From Candidatus Sumerlaeaceae bacterium (GTDB lineage Bacteria; Sumerlaeota; Sumerlaeia; Sumerlaeales; Sumerlaeaceae): a DNA stretch of 64,000 nt. Location: NCBI GenBank assembly GCA_051003195.1, contig JBPCLP010000001.1:1-64000 (forward strand). Direction: 5' to 3'. Under the pieces are notes generated by a model. That model was not told where the DNA came from and did not search any database. It saw only the letters and a program-made list of their open reading frames with translations. This document shows, piece after piece, positions 19,330 through 29,390 of the stretch. Positions within the stretch are counted from its first letter, which is position 1. Every line of letters begins with the position of its first letter. Position numbers and translations under genes: made by a program.

Positions 19330-19815
19330 CTACTGGCGCTGTTCGTACCTTCCGGCGCGTTTCCAGTCGTCGTAGCTGTCCCAGTAGTGGCTGCTGCTGC
19401 TGGGTCCGCAGATTTTGCCGGCGCAGTAATCACCGGGGGCTTTATAGTTGGGCCATTCGCGCGGATGAAAGAATGGATAGTAGGTCGGATTCAAACGCTC
19501 CCATACGTTGTGATGCCATGGGTCGTAGTAGGTGGGTCCGTAAAACTCGTTGTACTCAGCGCCGTGACCCATTTTGCGGGACGGGGCAGGCATGGGCATG
19601 GTGCGCTGAATATCAAAGCCATGCTTGTGAATGCCAGTACCTTCAATGCTCCGACCGCTCACCACTTTAGCGGCAGGCTGACTGGCGGCGGGCTGACTGG
19701 CGGCGGGAACATAGCGCTTCGATGATTTGCCGGGCACCTGCTGCACTTCTCCGCCTGCATATGCAAAGCACGTGAGCAGCATGGTAAGAGCTGCAATGGC
19801 TGTGACTCGATTCAT
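19330..19815 (-). CDS. Hypothetical secreted protein
   Basis: Signal peptide ending AYA; PAASQ repeats; Tyr/Trp/Pro-rich C-terminus; RBS GAGG. Confidence 0.65.
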   Translation of the reverse strand: MNRVTAIAALTMLLTCFAYAGGEVQQVPGKSSKRYVPAASQPAASQPAAKVVSGRSIEGTGIHKHGFDIQRTMPMPAPSRKMGHGAEYNEFYGPTYYDPWHHNVWERLNPTYYPFFHPREWPNYKAPGDYCAGKICGPSSSSHYWDSYDDWKRAGRYEQRQ

Positions 19816-20036
19816 TTCATGCCTCGGACCATGAAAAATGTCCAGACCGGCGGATCCCTACATCTGCCGATTTGAAGTTGCAGGGTTTGTGTGACGGAGC
19901 GGTTTGTACAGCTTTTTGTGTGTCGCGCGATTTAAGGAACGGAACTCGTTTGTCGCCCCCGGTACGCAATTTGCCCTCTTCAGCAGTGGGGAGGAGCAAA
20001 CGCGAATCCCCGATGCTAAACCAAGGAGATATAGTC

Positions 20037-20567
20037 ATGGGCATGTTTGAACAAATTCTGGGCGGACCCCAGGGTGATCGCTTCCAAAAACAACAGGCCG
20101 ACTTCAGCCGGCCCGACACGGACGATTTTAACAAATGGACCGAGCTGGTTGGATCCGCGCCGCCGGACAAGGTGGAAGAGGCTTACACACATGCAGCGAG
20201 GCAAGTACCAAACGACGAATATCGCGACCATGTGACACCGGGTGTCCGCAATACAAACCCCTTGGGCGAACTCGGCGGTGGAATGCTGGGCACGCTGGCA
20301 GGTCGATTGCTGGGTGGCCTTGGCGGCGGAGTGACAAGCGGGTCGATCCCCGGTATGCGCACCACCAAACCCGAACAGATGAGTGAGCATGACGTTGCGG
20401 TACTGGCGGACTACATGCGTCGCAATCATCCTGAGCAATTCGGTAAGGTAGCCGCCGATGTAGGCCGTGAGAATCCCGGCATGCTGCAAAAGCTAATGGG
20501 TAATAAGATGCTGCTCCTGGCTGCTGCTGGACTCGCAGGTAAGCTGCTCACCGATCCACGCCGTTAG
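20037..20567 (+). CDS. Hypothetical protein (Gly-rich helical)
   Basis: AAGGAG RBS before ATG 20037; coding-like codons; downstream hairpin. Confidence 0.75.
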   Translation: MGMFEQILGGPQGDRFQKQQADFSRPDTDDFNKWTELVGSAPPDKVEEAYTHAARQVPNDEYRDHVTPGVRNTNPLGELGGGMLGTLAGRLLGGLGGGVTSGSIPGMRTTKPEQMSEHDVAVLADYMRRNHPEQFGKVAADVGRENPGMLQKLMGNKMLLLAAAGLAGKLLTDPRR

Positions 20568-20586
20568 ATAAAGGACGGCGTAATAT

Positions 20587-20618
20587 GAGCGGACGAAAAG
20601 TTCGTCCGCTCGACTTTA
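20587..20618 (+). terminator. Probable intrinsic terminator or stabilising hairpin
   Basis: GAGCGGACGAA-AAG-TTCGTCCGCTC followed by a short T run. Confidence 0.55.
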
Positions 20619-20633
20619 TAGAAAGAGCTGATC

Positions 20634-21158
20634 ATGAACGGTTTGCTAAGACTCGCACAAAGTACTACGGCCGCGGTGTCGCTGGTTCTTTTCGGGTGCA
20701 CGACTGAACCGGCTCCGCCTGCGAGAAGTGACAGCCGCGGCGGTGGAACATCGGACGTGGTTGTGGCACCTGCCGGCGGTGATAAATCAGTAGATACGTC
20801 GGCAGTTCGCAGCGGGGGTGGATTTGGAGGGCGCTACGATCCGCGCGGGAAAGGGCCGGAGTCAAGTCGCGGCAACACGGCCGAAGGTGCTGCGTTTGCC
20901 GATTATGTGATCGCAACCGACCCGGAGCACAAGTTCGTCAAAGACGCATTTGTTCGCGACGATCAAATGCTGGGTGTAATCGTCAGCCCCACGATGTCGC
21001 GCGGACAGGTTGACCAGGCACTTGGTTCACTGTTACGCGGCATGCAGGAGCGGTTTCAAAAATATCCGCTCCAGGTGATTGCGTATTACGAGAGCGGAGA
21101 CGAAATGGCACGCTCGGTATACGACGGGCGCAATACCAACACGGAATGGAAGAACTGA
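20634..21158 (+). CDS. Putative lipoprotein
   Basis: Lipobox-like LVLFG|C, low-complexity linker, globular C-terminus. Confidence 0.7.
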   Translation: MNGLLRLAQSTTAAVSLVLFGCTTEPAPPARSDSRGGGTSDVVVAPAGGDKSVDTSAVRSGGGFGGRYDPRGKGPESSRGNTAEGAAFADYVIATDPEHKFVKDAFVRDDQMLGVIVSPTMSRGQVDQALGSLLRGMQERFQKYPLQVIAYYESGDEMARSVYDGRNTNTEWKN

Positions 21159-21174
21159 GAGAGCGCAGACGTCA

Positions 21175-22275
21175 TCAGACCGCGGCGAGATCGAGGGATT
21201 TTCGCCGCGGTTCGTCCGTGTCATCGTAGAAGAAATTGCGCCGGCGCGCTTCAAATCCAGCATCCGTAACGAGTCGCTCTATCTCCTCGGCATCCAAGGA
21301 GAAAACGGTGCCAGCCGCACTCACTACATTTTCTTCCATCATGGTGCTGCCCATGTCATTGCAGCCGAAGAACAGGGATACCTGCCCAACCTTGCCACCC
21401 TGGGTTACCCACGACGACTGGATATTGTCCACATTGTCGAGATACAGGCGCGCGATGGCGGTGGTTTTCAGATACTCATGGCTGCTGACCGTCTCGCACT
21501 GGAGTGGGAGTCCGGGAGACTTCTGATAGGTCCAGTCGATGAACGCTGTGAAGACGCCGGTTTCATCCTGCAGATTGCGGATGCGGCGCAGGTGCTCAAC
21601 GCGTTCCTCGAGCGTCTCGATGTGACCGAACATCATGGTGGCACTGCCGCGCAGGCCACATTGCGAAGCGGCACGCATGACGTCGAGCCATTCGTCGGTC
21701 AGACATTTATTTTTGGTGAGGGCGGTACGCACGCGATCGACGAGGATTTCGCCACCGCCGCCAGGCACTGAGTCCAGCCCGGCAGCGTGCAGGCGCGAGA
21801 TCACCTCAATCAGCGGCATCTTGTTAATCTTCGCGAACCAGAAGATTTCCGGCGGTGAGAAGGAGTGAAGGTGAATGCCAAACTTTTCCTTCATGTGCCG
21901 GAGCATGTCCTCATACCATTCCAGCTTGTACCTGGGATGCAGCCCTCCCTGCAGCAGGATCTGTTTTCCGCCGGCCGCCACGAGCTCCTCGATCTTTTGA
22001 TCAATCGCTTCCTGGGGTAATACGTAGGCGCGGTCGCCGTCCCATGCCTTTGCGTAAAAGCCACAGAAGTCGCAATCGGCAGCGCAGATGTTCGAGTAGT
22101 TAATGTTTCGCTCGACGATATAGGTGACGACAGGATCCGGGTGCATGCGCATGCGTACAGCGTGGGCTGCGGCACCAAGCGCAGTGAGATCGTTCGTCCG
22201 GAACAACTGGATGGCGTCGGCGTCGCTGAGGCGCTCGCCGTCGACCGTTCGCTCGAGGATGTGAGAAATCGACAT
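21175..22275 (-). CDS. mqnC: Cyclic dehypoxanthine futalosine synthase (radical SAM)
   Basis: VTYIVERNINYSNICAADCDFC, LLQGGLHP, SVPGGGGEIL, ATMMFGH, NIQSSWVTQG, GCNDMGSTMMEENVV. Confidence 0.92.
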   Translation of the reverse strand: MSISHILERTVDGERLSDADAIQLFRTNDLTALGAAAHAVRMRMHPDPVVTYIVERNINYSNICAADCDFCGFYAKAWDGDRAYVLPQEAIDQKIEELVAAGGKQILLQGGLHPRYKLEWYEDMLRHMKEKFGIHLHSFSPPEIFWFAKINKMPLIEVISRLHAAGLDSVPGGGGEILVDRVRTALTKNKCLTDEWLDVMRAASQCGLRGSATMMFGHIETLEERVEHLRRIRNLQDETGVFTAFIDWTYQKSPGLPLQCETVSSHEYLKTTAIARLYLDNVDNIQSSWVTQGGKVGQVSLFFGCNDMGSTMMEENVVSAAGTVFSLDAEEIERLVTDAGFEARRRNFFYDDTDEPRRKSLDLAAV

Positions 22276-22421
22276 ATTCGTGATAAAGGCTCGTAAAGCT
22301 CTTACTGGGAAGCGGGTTCTTGCATTCGCACCCTGCATAACTATAATAAAGTCAATGCGGCTAGCTGGCACGTGTGCTTTTTACTTGCGCGGGGTTTCCC
22401 GGGGCCCCATCGTCGGCGGTT

Positions 22422-25400
22422 ATGCGTACGCGATCCCTGCCCAAGATCGTGGTCATCGCCGCTGTCGTGTTATTTGCCGGGTTGTTAACGACCCGGGAAA
22501 TAAGCCGACACCGTGAGGACCCGTCATACCCAAGCTGGATCACAAGTTTGGGCAGCCGCACCAGCGGACCAACCTCGACAGGGCGAAGCGCGCGTGCCTA
22601 TGCGAAGCGACAGGTAGCTGCTAGGAGCGGTCCCAAAGCCGCGGACAAAACGTCGTCTCCGACTCCGGATATCCGGACGTCCTGCACGATTACCGGAATG
22701 GTGAGCGATGAGCAAGGCAAGCCGATTGACGCCGCGCGAATCACGATTCGCACCAGCAACGAAGCATTCACCAAGGTACTAGCGAGCGAGAAATCCGGGA
22801 AGTTCTGCATCGAGGCGGTACCAAGCGGCACATACGACATCCTGGCCGCGCATGATCAATACGTCACACTCATCCGTCCCAACTATACGCTGAAACCATC
22901 GGATCAGTTTACGACGCTGGACTTCAAACTTCCGTTGGGCACCAGGATCAACGGGCTGGTGACGGACGAGGAGGATCGGCCGCTGGCTGAAGTACTCGTG
23001 GCGGCACGGCGTCACAAAGCCCACCAGGTTGCGGCAGGCGCCGATATCTATCACGATGATACGACATACCGCACGCAGGTCACGGACAAGCCAGGCACCT
23101 TTACATTAGCAGGGGTGTCGGCGGGACCCAACGTCTTCGAGTTTAAGCACACGGGGTTCGAGCCGGAAGTTCGGAAGATCGACATTAGTGCAGAGAAGGC
23201 GGCCGAGCCCCTGAAGATCGTGCTGCGGCGCACGGGTAAGCTTGCGGGTTTGATCCAGGATGAAGACGGCCTGCCCGTCTCGACCGCAACCGTTCACCTG
23301 GTTCGCTATAAATCCTTTAATGGTCCGGAAGAAAAAATTGAAAAGGGTAAACTGACCGCCACGTCGGGTGCTAATGGCGGCTTCAGTTTTAAAAAGCTTT
23401 ATACTGAAGGATACTACGATCTGTTGATTGAAGAGGAGCGGTATGCGCCGGGGATTGTTCCGCTGGTGGCGGTGGGAAGCGAGCATATCGCCTGCACACT
23501 GGAGCGCGGCGGCACCATAGAAGGTAAAGTTCAATACATTGACAGAGCTGCGACAGCCGCCGTTGTTTTAGTGGCTGCCGAGACGGTAGTCAAGGGGACT
23601 ACCTTTACCGCCCAGGCTCAAAGCGATGGCTCGGGTCGATTCGACTTTCGGCATCTTCCCTATGGAACCTACAAGCTCTATGCGGAGAGCATGAACATTG
23701 TATCGGAGCCGAAAGTCGGGGTTCCGTGCCTTCGGGATAAGCCAACCCGCGACGTTGAAATTGAGGTGTATGAAGCATCCACGGTCCGTGGGAGGGTGGC
23801 AGATGGCGCGGACGACAAGCCGGTGCCGGGTGCTAGCGTTACGATCAAGGCGACGTATGGTGTGCCGCGCGGGCGCACCAAGAGTTTTCAGGCACGTGCT
23901 GATGCCCATGGCGAGTTTGAGCTTCGGCAGTTGCCGGCCGGTCTTCATTCAGCATTGGCAAATGCGCGAGGGTTCCGGCGCACGGTAAGCGATCGATCGG
24001 AGCAGAAGTTTACCCTGACCCCGGGCGAGCGCAAAAACGACCTGGCGCTGCTGCTGGATCATGGCGGCAGCGTGGAGGGGTTTGTTCTGGGGCAAAATGG
24101 CCGCGGCGTCGAAGGCTGCGATATCCAACTGTTTGCAGCCAGCCAGATTGATGGACGTGTAGACGCCAATAACCTCAAAGGGCGCACTGATGTAACCGGT
24201 TACTTCAAAATTTGGGGTATCGAGATCGGTGAGCGTGTCCAACTGTACGCCAGTGCCCGTAAGAAGGGGTACGCCAAAGGCTGCAGCGAACTGCTGGACC
24301 TGACTCCGACGGCGCCTGATGCATCCACGCAACTGGTGCTGGGGGGAGGCGGCGTCATTGCCGGTAAGGTAACGGATAAAAACGAATTGCCGGTGCCGGG
24401 CGCAGAGGTGAAGTTCGCCAGCAGCGCGTTCCCCGGCGATCCGTCGCCGTCGACCGTGATTGCATATAGCTCTGCTAACGGCAGCTACAGTGTGGAAAAC
24501 TGCCCCCCAGGCGGTGGGAGCGTGCAGGTTTCGAGATCCGGCTACGTGAAGCAGTCGAAGGGGGTCTCGATCAAAGATGCGCGGGTAACTGACCGCGTCG
24601 ACTTTCAACTGGATGCGGGATATCGTATCGCCGGAACTGTTTCGGGGCTGGACGGAAAACCGATTGCGGGGGCACGGGTGAAGGCAACCGGGGTCAACGG
24701 CGCAAGCGGTTCCGATGAGGATGTGACAGACAAGACCGGGAAATTTGAATTGTCAAATCTTGGGCAGGGACGATTCGAACTCGACGCATCGTTCAAGTTG
24801 CCAACGCCAGATGGCGAGCAGCAGTATCGATTCGTAAAATCTGCGGTTCCCGTAGGAAGCACGGGAGTGGCAGTGGACTGTGACGTTGCAAACAGTGCAG
24901 CCGGGCGAGTGGAAGGCGACAACGGAAAGGGTGTGGGCAAATTCACGCTGACGCTCCGCTCGCGTTCTGATACCCAGCCAAGCCAGGATTTTACTTTCAA
25001 CCTCGATCGGGCAATGAGTAATGCTAAAGGGTATTACCGGGTTCTAAACATCCCTCGTGGTGTATACAGCGTGCAGATTTCCGCGGAAGGGTATGAGCCG
25101 CACCGGGCACCCGATGTTGCGATTGGCCCCCATCAGCGCACTGATTTTCCGCCTGTGCGATTGCGTGCGGCAGGCGGCGTTACCGGATCGGTAATTTCAT
25201 CCAGCACTAAGCGCCCGGTAAACAATGCCCAGATTCGGCTGGTGGACATTGCTTTGCCTGTTGGTGATGCCGCTGTGCGCGCGTGCGCGGGCACGAGCGA
25301 CTATTCGGGCGTGTTCCGCATCAGCTCTGTTCCTCCGGGCACGTACCGTGTGCATGTGGATCACCCAAGCTACCTGGGCTCGAAGTTCGACAATATTACA

Positions 25401-26261
25401 GTGACGCGAAAGAAGCAGACGGACCTGGGTGAAGTTTACCTGGAAGCGGGCGGCGCGGTGCGCGGCAGTATTGCGGATGACCAGGGCAATCCGGTACCAA
25501 ATGTGTCTGTTAAAATCAGCGGTTTGACGCCTGCCAAGCTGACGACCACGGACCAGGCCGGAAATTACCTGCTGCAAGGCGTGCAGTCGGGTCGCTGGTC
25601 GATTGTGGCGCGAGGGGCACTGAACGCGCGTAGCGTCTACGCTTACACGACGGTTCACGTGCAGCGGGATTATACTGAGAAGGCGAACATCACACTGGAT
25701 ACCAGCGCCGACCTGGAAGGCACGCTTGCGTCAGCCGATGCGCCGGTGAAATCGGGAACCATCTTCCTTCACCCGTTCGATGAAAACCATGTCGTGCTGG
25801 AGGATATCCATTACGATACAAATGCCAGCAGCCAGCGATTCTCGCTGAAGCAGGTACCTGCAGGCCAGTATTTTCTGTGGGCTGCAGGGTATGGTGCGGT
25901 TGGCACTTACCAGGCTTTCCGAGACCTGTTCCTCAACCGCGGCCATAACGAAGTGACTCTTGAAATGCCTCGCGCAGCCGTACGCGGTACACTGATGAAC
26001 GGTTTGGGCGAGGGCATGCCACAACTGGGCGTACAGCTACGACCCGTACTTCAGAACCTGCGACTGCCACAGGCGCTGTATAACAAGTTGATCAAGTCGT
26101 CGTCTTCCACGAACGCGGGAGCTTTTGGTTTCGACTACCTGCAGACAGGGATGTACCAGTTGCTGCACCAGATGCCACAAGGAAACTGGTATGCTCAGCC
26201 GCCGTTCAGTGTTACAAATGGCGAAGTGCTGGGCGGGTACGATATTGTGTTGGATCAATAA
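22422..26261 (+). CDS. Large membrane-anchored protein of tandem carboxypeptidase-regulatory-like (transthyretin-like) beta-sandwich repeats
   Basis: N-terminal TM; many repeats of I.G.V.D..G.P+.GA.V...TD..G.F.+..+P.G.Y.+. Confidence 0.85.
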   Translation: MRTRSLPKIVVIAAVVLFAGLLTTREISRHREDPSYPSWITSLGSRTSGPTSTGRSARAYAKRQVAARSGPKAADKTSSPTPDIRTSCTITGMVSDEQGKPIDAARITIRTSNEAFTKVLASEKSGKFCIEAVPSGTYDILAAHDQYVTLIRPNYTLKPSDQFTTLDFKLPLGTRINGLVTDEEDRPLAEVLVAARRHKAHQVAAGADIYHDDTTYRTQVTDKPGTFTLAGVSAGPNVFEFKHTGFEPEVRKIDISAEKAAEPLKIVLRRTGKLAGLIQDEDGLPVSTATVHLVRYKSFNGPEEKIEKGKLTATSGANGGFSFKKLYTEGYYDLLIEEERYAPGIVPLVAVGSEHIACTLERGGTIEGKVQYIDRAATAAVVLVAAETVVKGTTFTAQAQSDGSGRFDFRHLPYGTYKLYAESMNIVSEPKVGVPCLRDKPTRDVEIEVYEASTVRGRVADGADDKPVPGASVTIKATYGVPRGRTKSFQARADAHGEFELRQLPAGLHSALANARGFRRTVSDRSEQKFTLTPGERKNDLALLLDHGGSVEGFVLGQNGRGVEGCDIQLFAASQIDGRVDANNLKGRTDVTGYFKIWGIEIGERVQLYASARKKGYAKGCSELLDLTPTAPDASTQLVLGGGGVIAGKVTDKNELPVPGAEVKFASSAFPGDPSPSTVIAYSSANGSYSVENCPPGGGSVQVSRSGYVKQSKGVSIKDARVTDRVDFQLDAGYRIAGTVSGLDGKPIAGARVKATGVNGASGSDEDVTDKTGKFELSNLGQGRFELDASFKLPTPDGEQQYRFVKSAVPVGSTGVAVDCDVANSAAGRVEGDNGKGVGKFTLTLRSRSDTQPSQDFTFNLDRAMSNAKGYYRVLNIPRGVYSVQISAEGYEPHRAPDVAIGPHQRTDFPPVRLRAAGGVTGSVISSSTKRPVNNAQIRLVDIALPVGDAAVRACAGTSDYSGVFRISSVPPGTYRVHVDHPSYLGSKFDNITVTRKKQTDLGEVYLEAGGAVRGSIADDQGNPVPNVSVKISGLTPAKLTTTDQAGNYLLQGVQSGRWSIVARGALNARSVYAYTTVHVQRDYTEKANITLDTSADLEGTLASADAPVKSGTIFLHPFDENHVVLEDIHYDTNASSQRFSLKQVPAGQYFLWAAGYGAVGTYQAFRDLFLNRGHNEVTLEMPRAAVRGTLMNGLGEGMPQLGVQLRPVLQNLRLPQALYNKLIKSSSSTNAGAFGFDYLQTGMYQLLHQMPQGNWYAQPPFSVTNGEVLGGYDIVLDQ

Positions 26262-26274
26262 AGCCTGGCGGCAG

Positions 26275-27552
26275 TTACCTGGCAGAGGTCGTTGCCTGAT
26301 CCTGCAGCGTGCCTGTCGTTTCGTCTTCGGTTGCTTCGGGGTCGCGTGCGCGGATTTTAGAATAATCTGGAAATGCCGGCAGGTTTTTAACGTGCCTGGG
26401 TGCTGAGTCCTTTGGCGGGCAGATCACCATGCCTATGCCACCCTTGTTGCGCATCCAGATCTTCTCGAAATCGGGTGTTTTCCATTGTTCAAGATAGCCA
26501 ATGGCTCGTCGCGCAGAATCTGTGACAATAACGCGGCCATCGTCGGTAACTCCGCACAACGCCACAATGTGTCCGCCGATGCGCGCGTATGGCGGATCGA
26601 TGTAAGTGTCGTCTTCCGGCATGGTGATGGAGCAGAGGATTACTTTGTTCTCCGCCACGGTTTTCTTTACCTTCTCCCAATCGCGGAAGCGATCCAGATA
26701 GGCTTCGAATCCGAACTCGTACGCAGTATTGATGGTGCGGGGCCAGATGCCGAAGGATCGATATTCCGGGTCTGTGGTAAAGGAGATGATCTGCTCGAGT
26801 GGCACGGTGGTACCGAAGTAATCCATCGCGGAACCGACGGCCGCAGACTGACAGCGGTCCTTGAGGTAATTGCCACCGGAGTCTTCCTGCCTGCACAGCG
26901 GAATGTCGAGAATGCCTGGGGCTGGTATGGAATCAGGGCTTGTATGATCGAATCGTGCGGCGAGCTCTTCAGTCGGATTGTTGTCGGTTGTGATCACGCC
27001 CATGAGCGGAGGTTTGCTCAACGACCGCTTGCCTTCGCTGACGAGCCTGAACCGCCATGCGGTGGCTCGTTTTTCCAGCAGAAGTTGATCTTCGGCGACT
27101 TTTCCATGCTCAAACTTGGGACGCTTGCGAGCTTCGCGAACTAATGGCACCCGCCCCCAGAATCCGCCATAGAGCCAAGGCGATTCCTCGCCACCCGGGA
27201 AATTAACCTGCAGATAAAGCCGAAAGCCCTCGTCGCGCTCGAGCCGCGCATTCCAGTAGTAAACAAGCTCATCGAAGGGGAACTGCGCCTTGTGCCATTT
27301 CGTTTCCCAAGTGCCGTCGCTGACCTTTGTAAATTCAGCGGGTTTTATTTTTGTGGAGGAGTCGATGGGCTTCAGCGCCGTCGACTTTGTTGTCGAGGCG
27401 CTGGCTGTCTCCGTTTGCTGCGGAGCGGTGGTCAATGCGGCATTCACAGGCGAAGTTGTCTCCTCTGCAAACGTAGTAGCACAGCAGGCCAGGCACAATA
27501 GCAAGGCCGCGCTGCTGTTTGTATAACGATTGAGGACGTGTACAATTTGCAT
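26275..27552 (-). CDS. Secreted peptidase C39-like family protein
   Basis: Signal peptide; RQ...RCQSAAV (Cys), GGHIVAL (His), VIVTDS (Asp). Confidence 0.75.
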   Translation of the reverse strand: MQIVHVLNRYTNSSAALLLCLACCATTFAEETTSPVNAALTTAPQQTETASASTTKSTALKPIDSSTKIKPAEFTKVSDGTWETKWHKAQFPFDELVYYWNARLERDEGFRLYLQVNFPGGEESPWLYGGFWGRVPLVREARKRPKFEHGKVAEDQLLLEKRATAWRFRLVSEGKRSLSKPPLMGVITTDNNPTEELAARFDHTSPDSIPAPGILDIPLCRQEDSGGNYLKDRCQSAAVGSAMDYFGTTVPLEQIISFTTDPEYRSFGIWPRTINTAYEFGFEAYLDRFRDWEKVKKTVAENKVILCSITMPEDDTYIDPPYARIGGHIVALCGVTDDGRVIVTDSARRAIGYLEQWKTPDFEKIWMRNKGGIGMVICPPKDSAPRHVKNLPAFPDYSKIRARDPEATEDETTGTLQDQATTSAR

Positions 27553-27606
27553 CCTTTGGAACTCGGCTGCGGCGCGGGCGCTGTCAAGTTCATCACAGCC
27601 GGAGCA

Positions 27607-28569
27607 TTACGGGACGAGGATTATTTTACCGTAAGCGCCCGGTGCCATGACGGCTTCGTGGGCTTTGGCGGCGTCGGCCAGCGGCATCTCCTTCCCAACT
27701 ACGGGGGTCAGTGTGCCGTTCTCGAATCCGGCAGCGAGAGCCGCATGGATGGGACGGAGTTCGTCCTCAGAAGCGTTCATCAGCGTCATGCCTATGATAC
27801 TGCTCTCACGCGCCATCGTTTTGCGTGCATCGATCTCGCCCCGGCCCCGGTTTCCAATGACCACCACGCGTCCGCCTTTGGCCAGTACGTCGAGATCGTT
27901 GTCGAGATTCACGTTAGCGAGCATCTCGAGGATGAGGTCAAAACCTTTGCCGGCGGTGATCTCCTGCATGGCTTTCTGCAGGTAACCGGAAGCGTGATGG
28001 TCGAGAACATGATGCGCTCCGTTGGTGCGGGCAACTTCGCGGCCTTTGTCGGTGCCGGCGGTACCAACTACGGTCAGACCCGCAGCGCGGGCGATCTGCA
28101 CGGCTGCGGTGCCAACGCCGCCACTGGCACCGTGAACCAGTACAATCTCACCGGGTTGTGCGTGCGCCTTCTGAAAGAGTGCGCGAAACGCAGTGGCGTA
28201 GGGAACATAGATTCCCGCACCCTGTGCGAAGCTGAGACGGTCCGCGAGCGGATGCACCTGGTTCTCGCGGCAGAGGATCAACTCGGCATACGCTCCACTG
28301 ATGCAATCGGCAACATAGACTCGCTGGCCGGTTTTGAGCCGGGTGACACCTGAACCTGTCGATGCGACTTCTCCGGCCGCATCCTTGCCGGGTGTGTAAG
28401 GCGTTTTTACCGCACCGTAGTTGCCGGCGCGAATGTAGGTATCGACCGGGTTGACACCAATGGCGCGAGCGCGGACGAGGACTTCGCCCGGTCCGGGGTG
28501 TGGGTCGGGTACCTCTTCAAGCTTAAGTACTTCAGGTGCGCCCGTCTGGTGTACGCGTATGGCTTTCAA
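27607..28569 (-). CDS. qor: NADPH:quinone reductase (zeta-crystallin/MDR family)
   Basis: TTG start KAIRV; GVNPVD, PGKDAAG, VHGASGGVG, GKIIL. Confidence 0.92.
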   Translation of the reverse strand: MKAIRVHQTGAPEVLKLEEVPDPHPGPGEVLVRARAIGVNPVDTYIRAGNYGAVKTPYTPGKDAAGEVASTGSGVTRLKTGQRVYVADCISGAYAELILCRENQVHPLADRLSFAQGAGIYVPYATAFRALFQKAHAQPGEIVLVHGASGGVGTAAVQIARAAGLTVVGTAGTDKGREVARTNGAHHVLDHHASGYLQKAMQEITAGKGFDLILEMLANVNLDNDLDVLAKGGRVVVIGNRGRGEIDARKTMARESSIIGMTLMNASEDELRPIHAALAAGFENGTLTPVVGKEMPLADAAKAHEAVMAPGAYGKIILVP

Positions 28570-29317
28570 CCTCGGTCTCCTCCTTCGGGATTGTATCGTC
28601 CTGGATCGTGCTTTCTTCTTCCAGCTCCTGCGGCGCACGGTGAGTTCGTCTCCACAGGTAGTTACCAATGACCAGTGTTACAAAAAGCACGATGCCGGTA
28701 ATGAGTTGAAGACCGTTGTGCTTGGCGGCAGAACTGCCGAACATCGCAAAGATAATAGTCAGCGGCATGAAGCCTATGACTGTCGCCAGCATGAAAGGGC
28801 CGTAGTGCACCTTGGACGCCCCACCGATCATGTTAGTGACCGTCGAGTTGGCGAGGGGGAAGAAGCGTATGTAAAGGGTTCCCTGGAAGCCGTTTCGATT
28901 AAACAAATCGTACCATTTGCGCAATCCGCGCGGGAGTTGGCGTTTGATCGGCCCTCGCAAAAAGTACCGTGCGATGTAAAAATCGAGAGTTGTGCCGAGC
29001 AAAGTCGCGATTAATCCGACCAGCGTTCCCTGGACAGCTCCGTACAAGCTACCCGCAACCGCGCAGACCCACAGGCGCGGCACAGCGAGCGCGTTCACGA
29101 TGGCAGCGGCACCAATGAACGACAGTTCACCAGACCACCCCGGACCGCGGAAACGCGCACGCAAATTATCGATGTTGATCAGCTCCTGGCGTACATAGGG
29201 GTGATCGAGCAGGAATGCGAGGCTGACAAAAATGGCGGCGACAGCCGCGACGCGCGCGAGGTCTTTGATGAGACGCGACCTGGGTGACTTCGGGCGCTTC
29301 TGGTTTTCATCTGGCAC
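28532..29317 (-). CDS. TVP38/TMEM64 (VTT/DedA superfamily) membrane protein; start approximate
   Basis: P...C.VAGSLYG...G, FYIAR..LR, IRFFP...N...G pattern. Confidence 0.85.
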   Translation of the reverse strand: MPDENQKRPKSPRSRLIKDLARVAAVAAIFVSLAFLLDHPYVRQELINIDNLRARFRGPGWSGELSFIGAAAIVNALAVPRLWVCAVAGSLYGAVQGTLVGLIATLLGTTLDFYIARYFLRGPIKRQLPRGLRKWYDLFNRNGFQGTLYIRFFPLANSTVTNMIGGASKVHYGPFMLATVIGFMPLTIIFAMFGSSAAKHNGLQLITGIVLFVTLVIGNYLWRRTHRAPQELEEESTIQDDTIPKEETEVESHTRTPDGRT

Positions 29318-29390
29318 GCAGCGATTGCTGAACTGCCGCAAAGGCGAATCAACTGATATAGTCTTGATCCTCACGGCGAGCCCGATACAG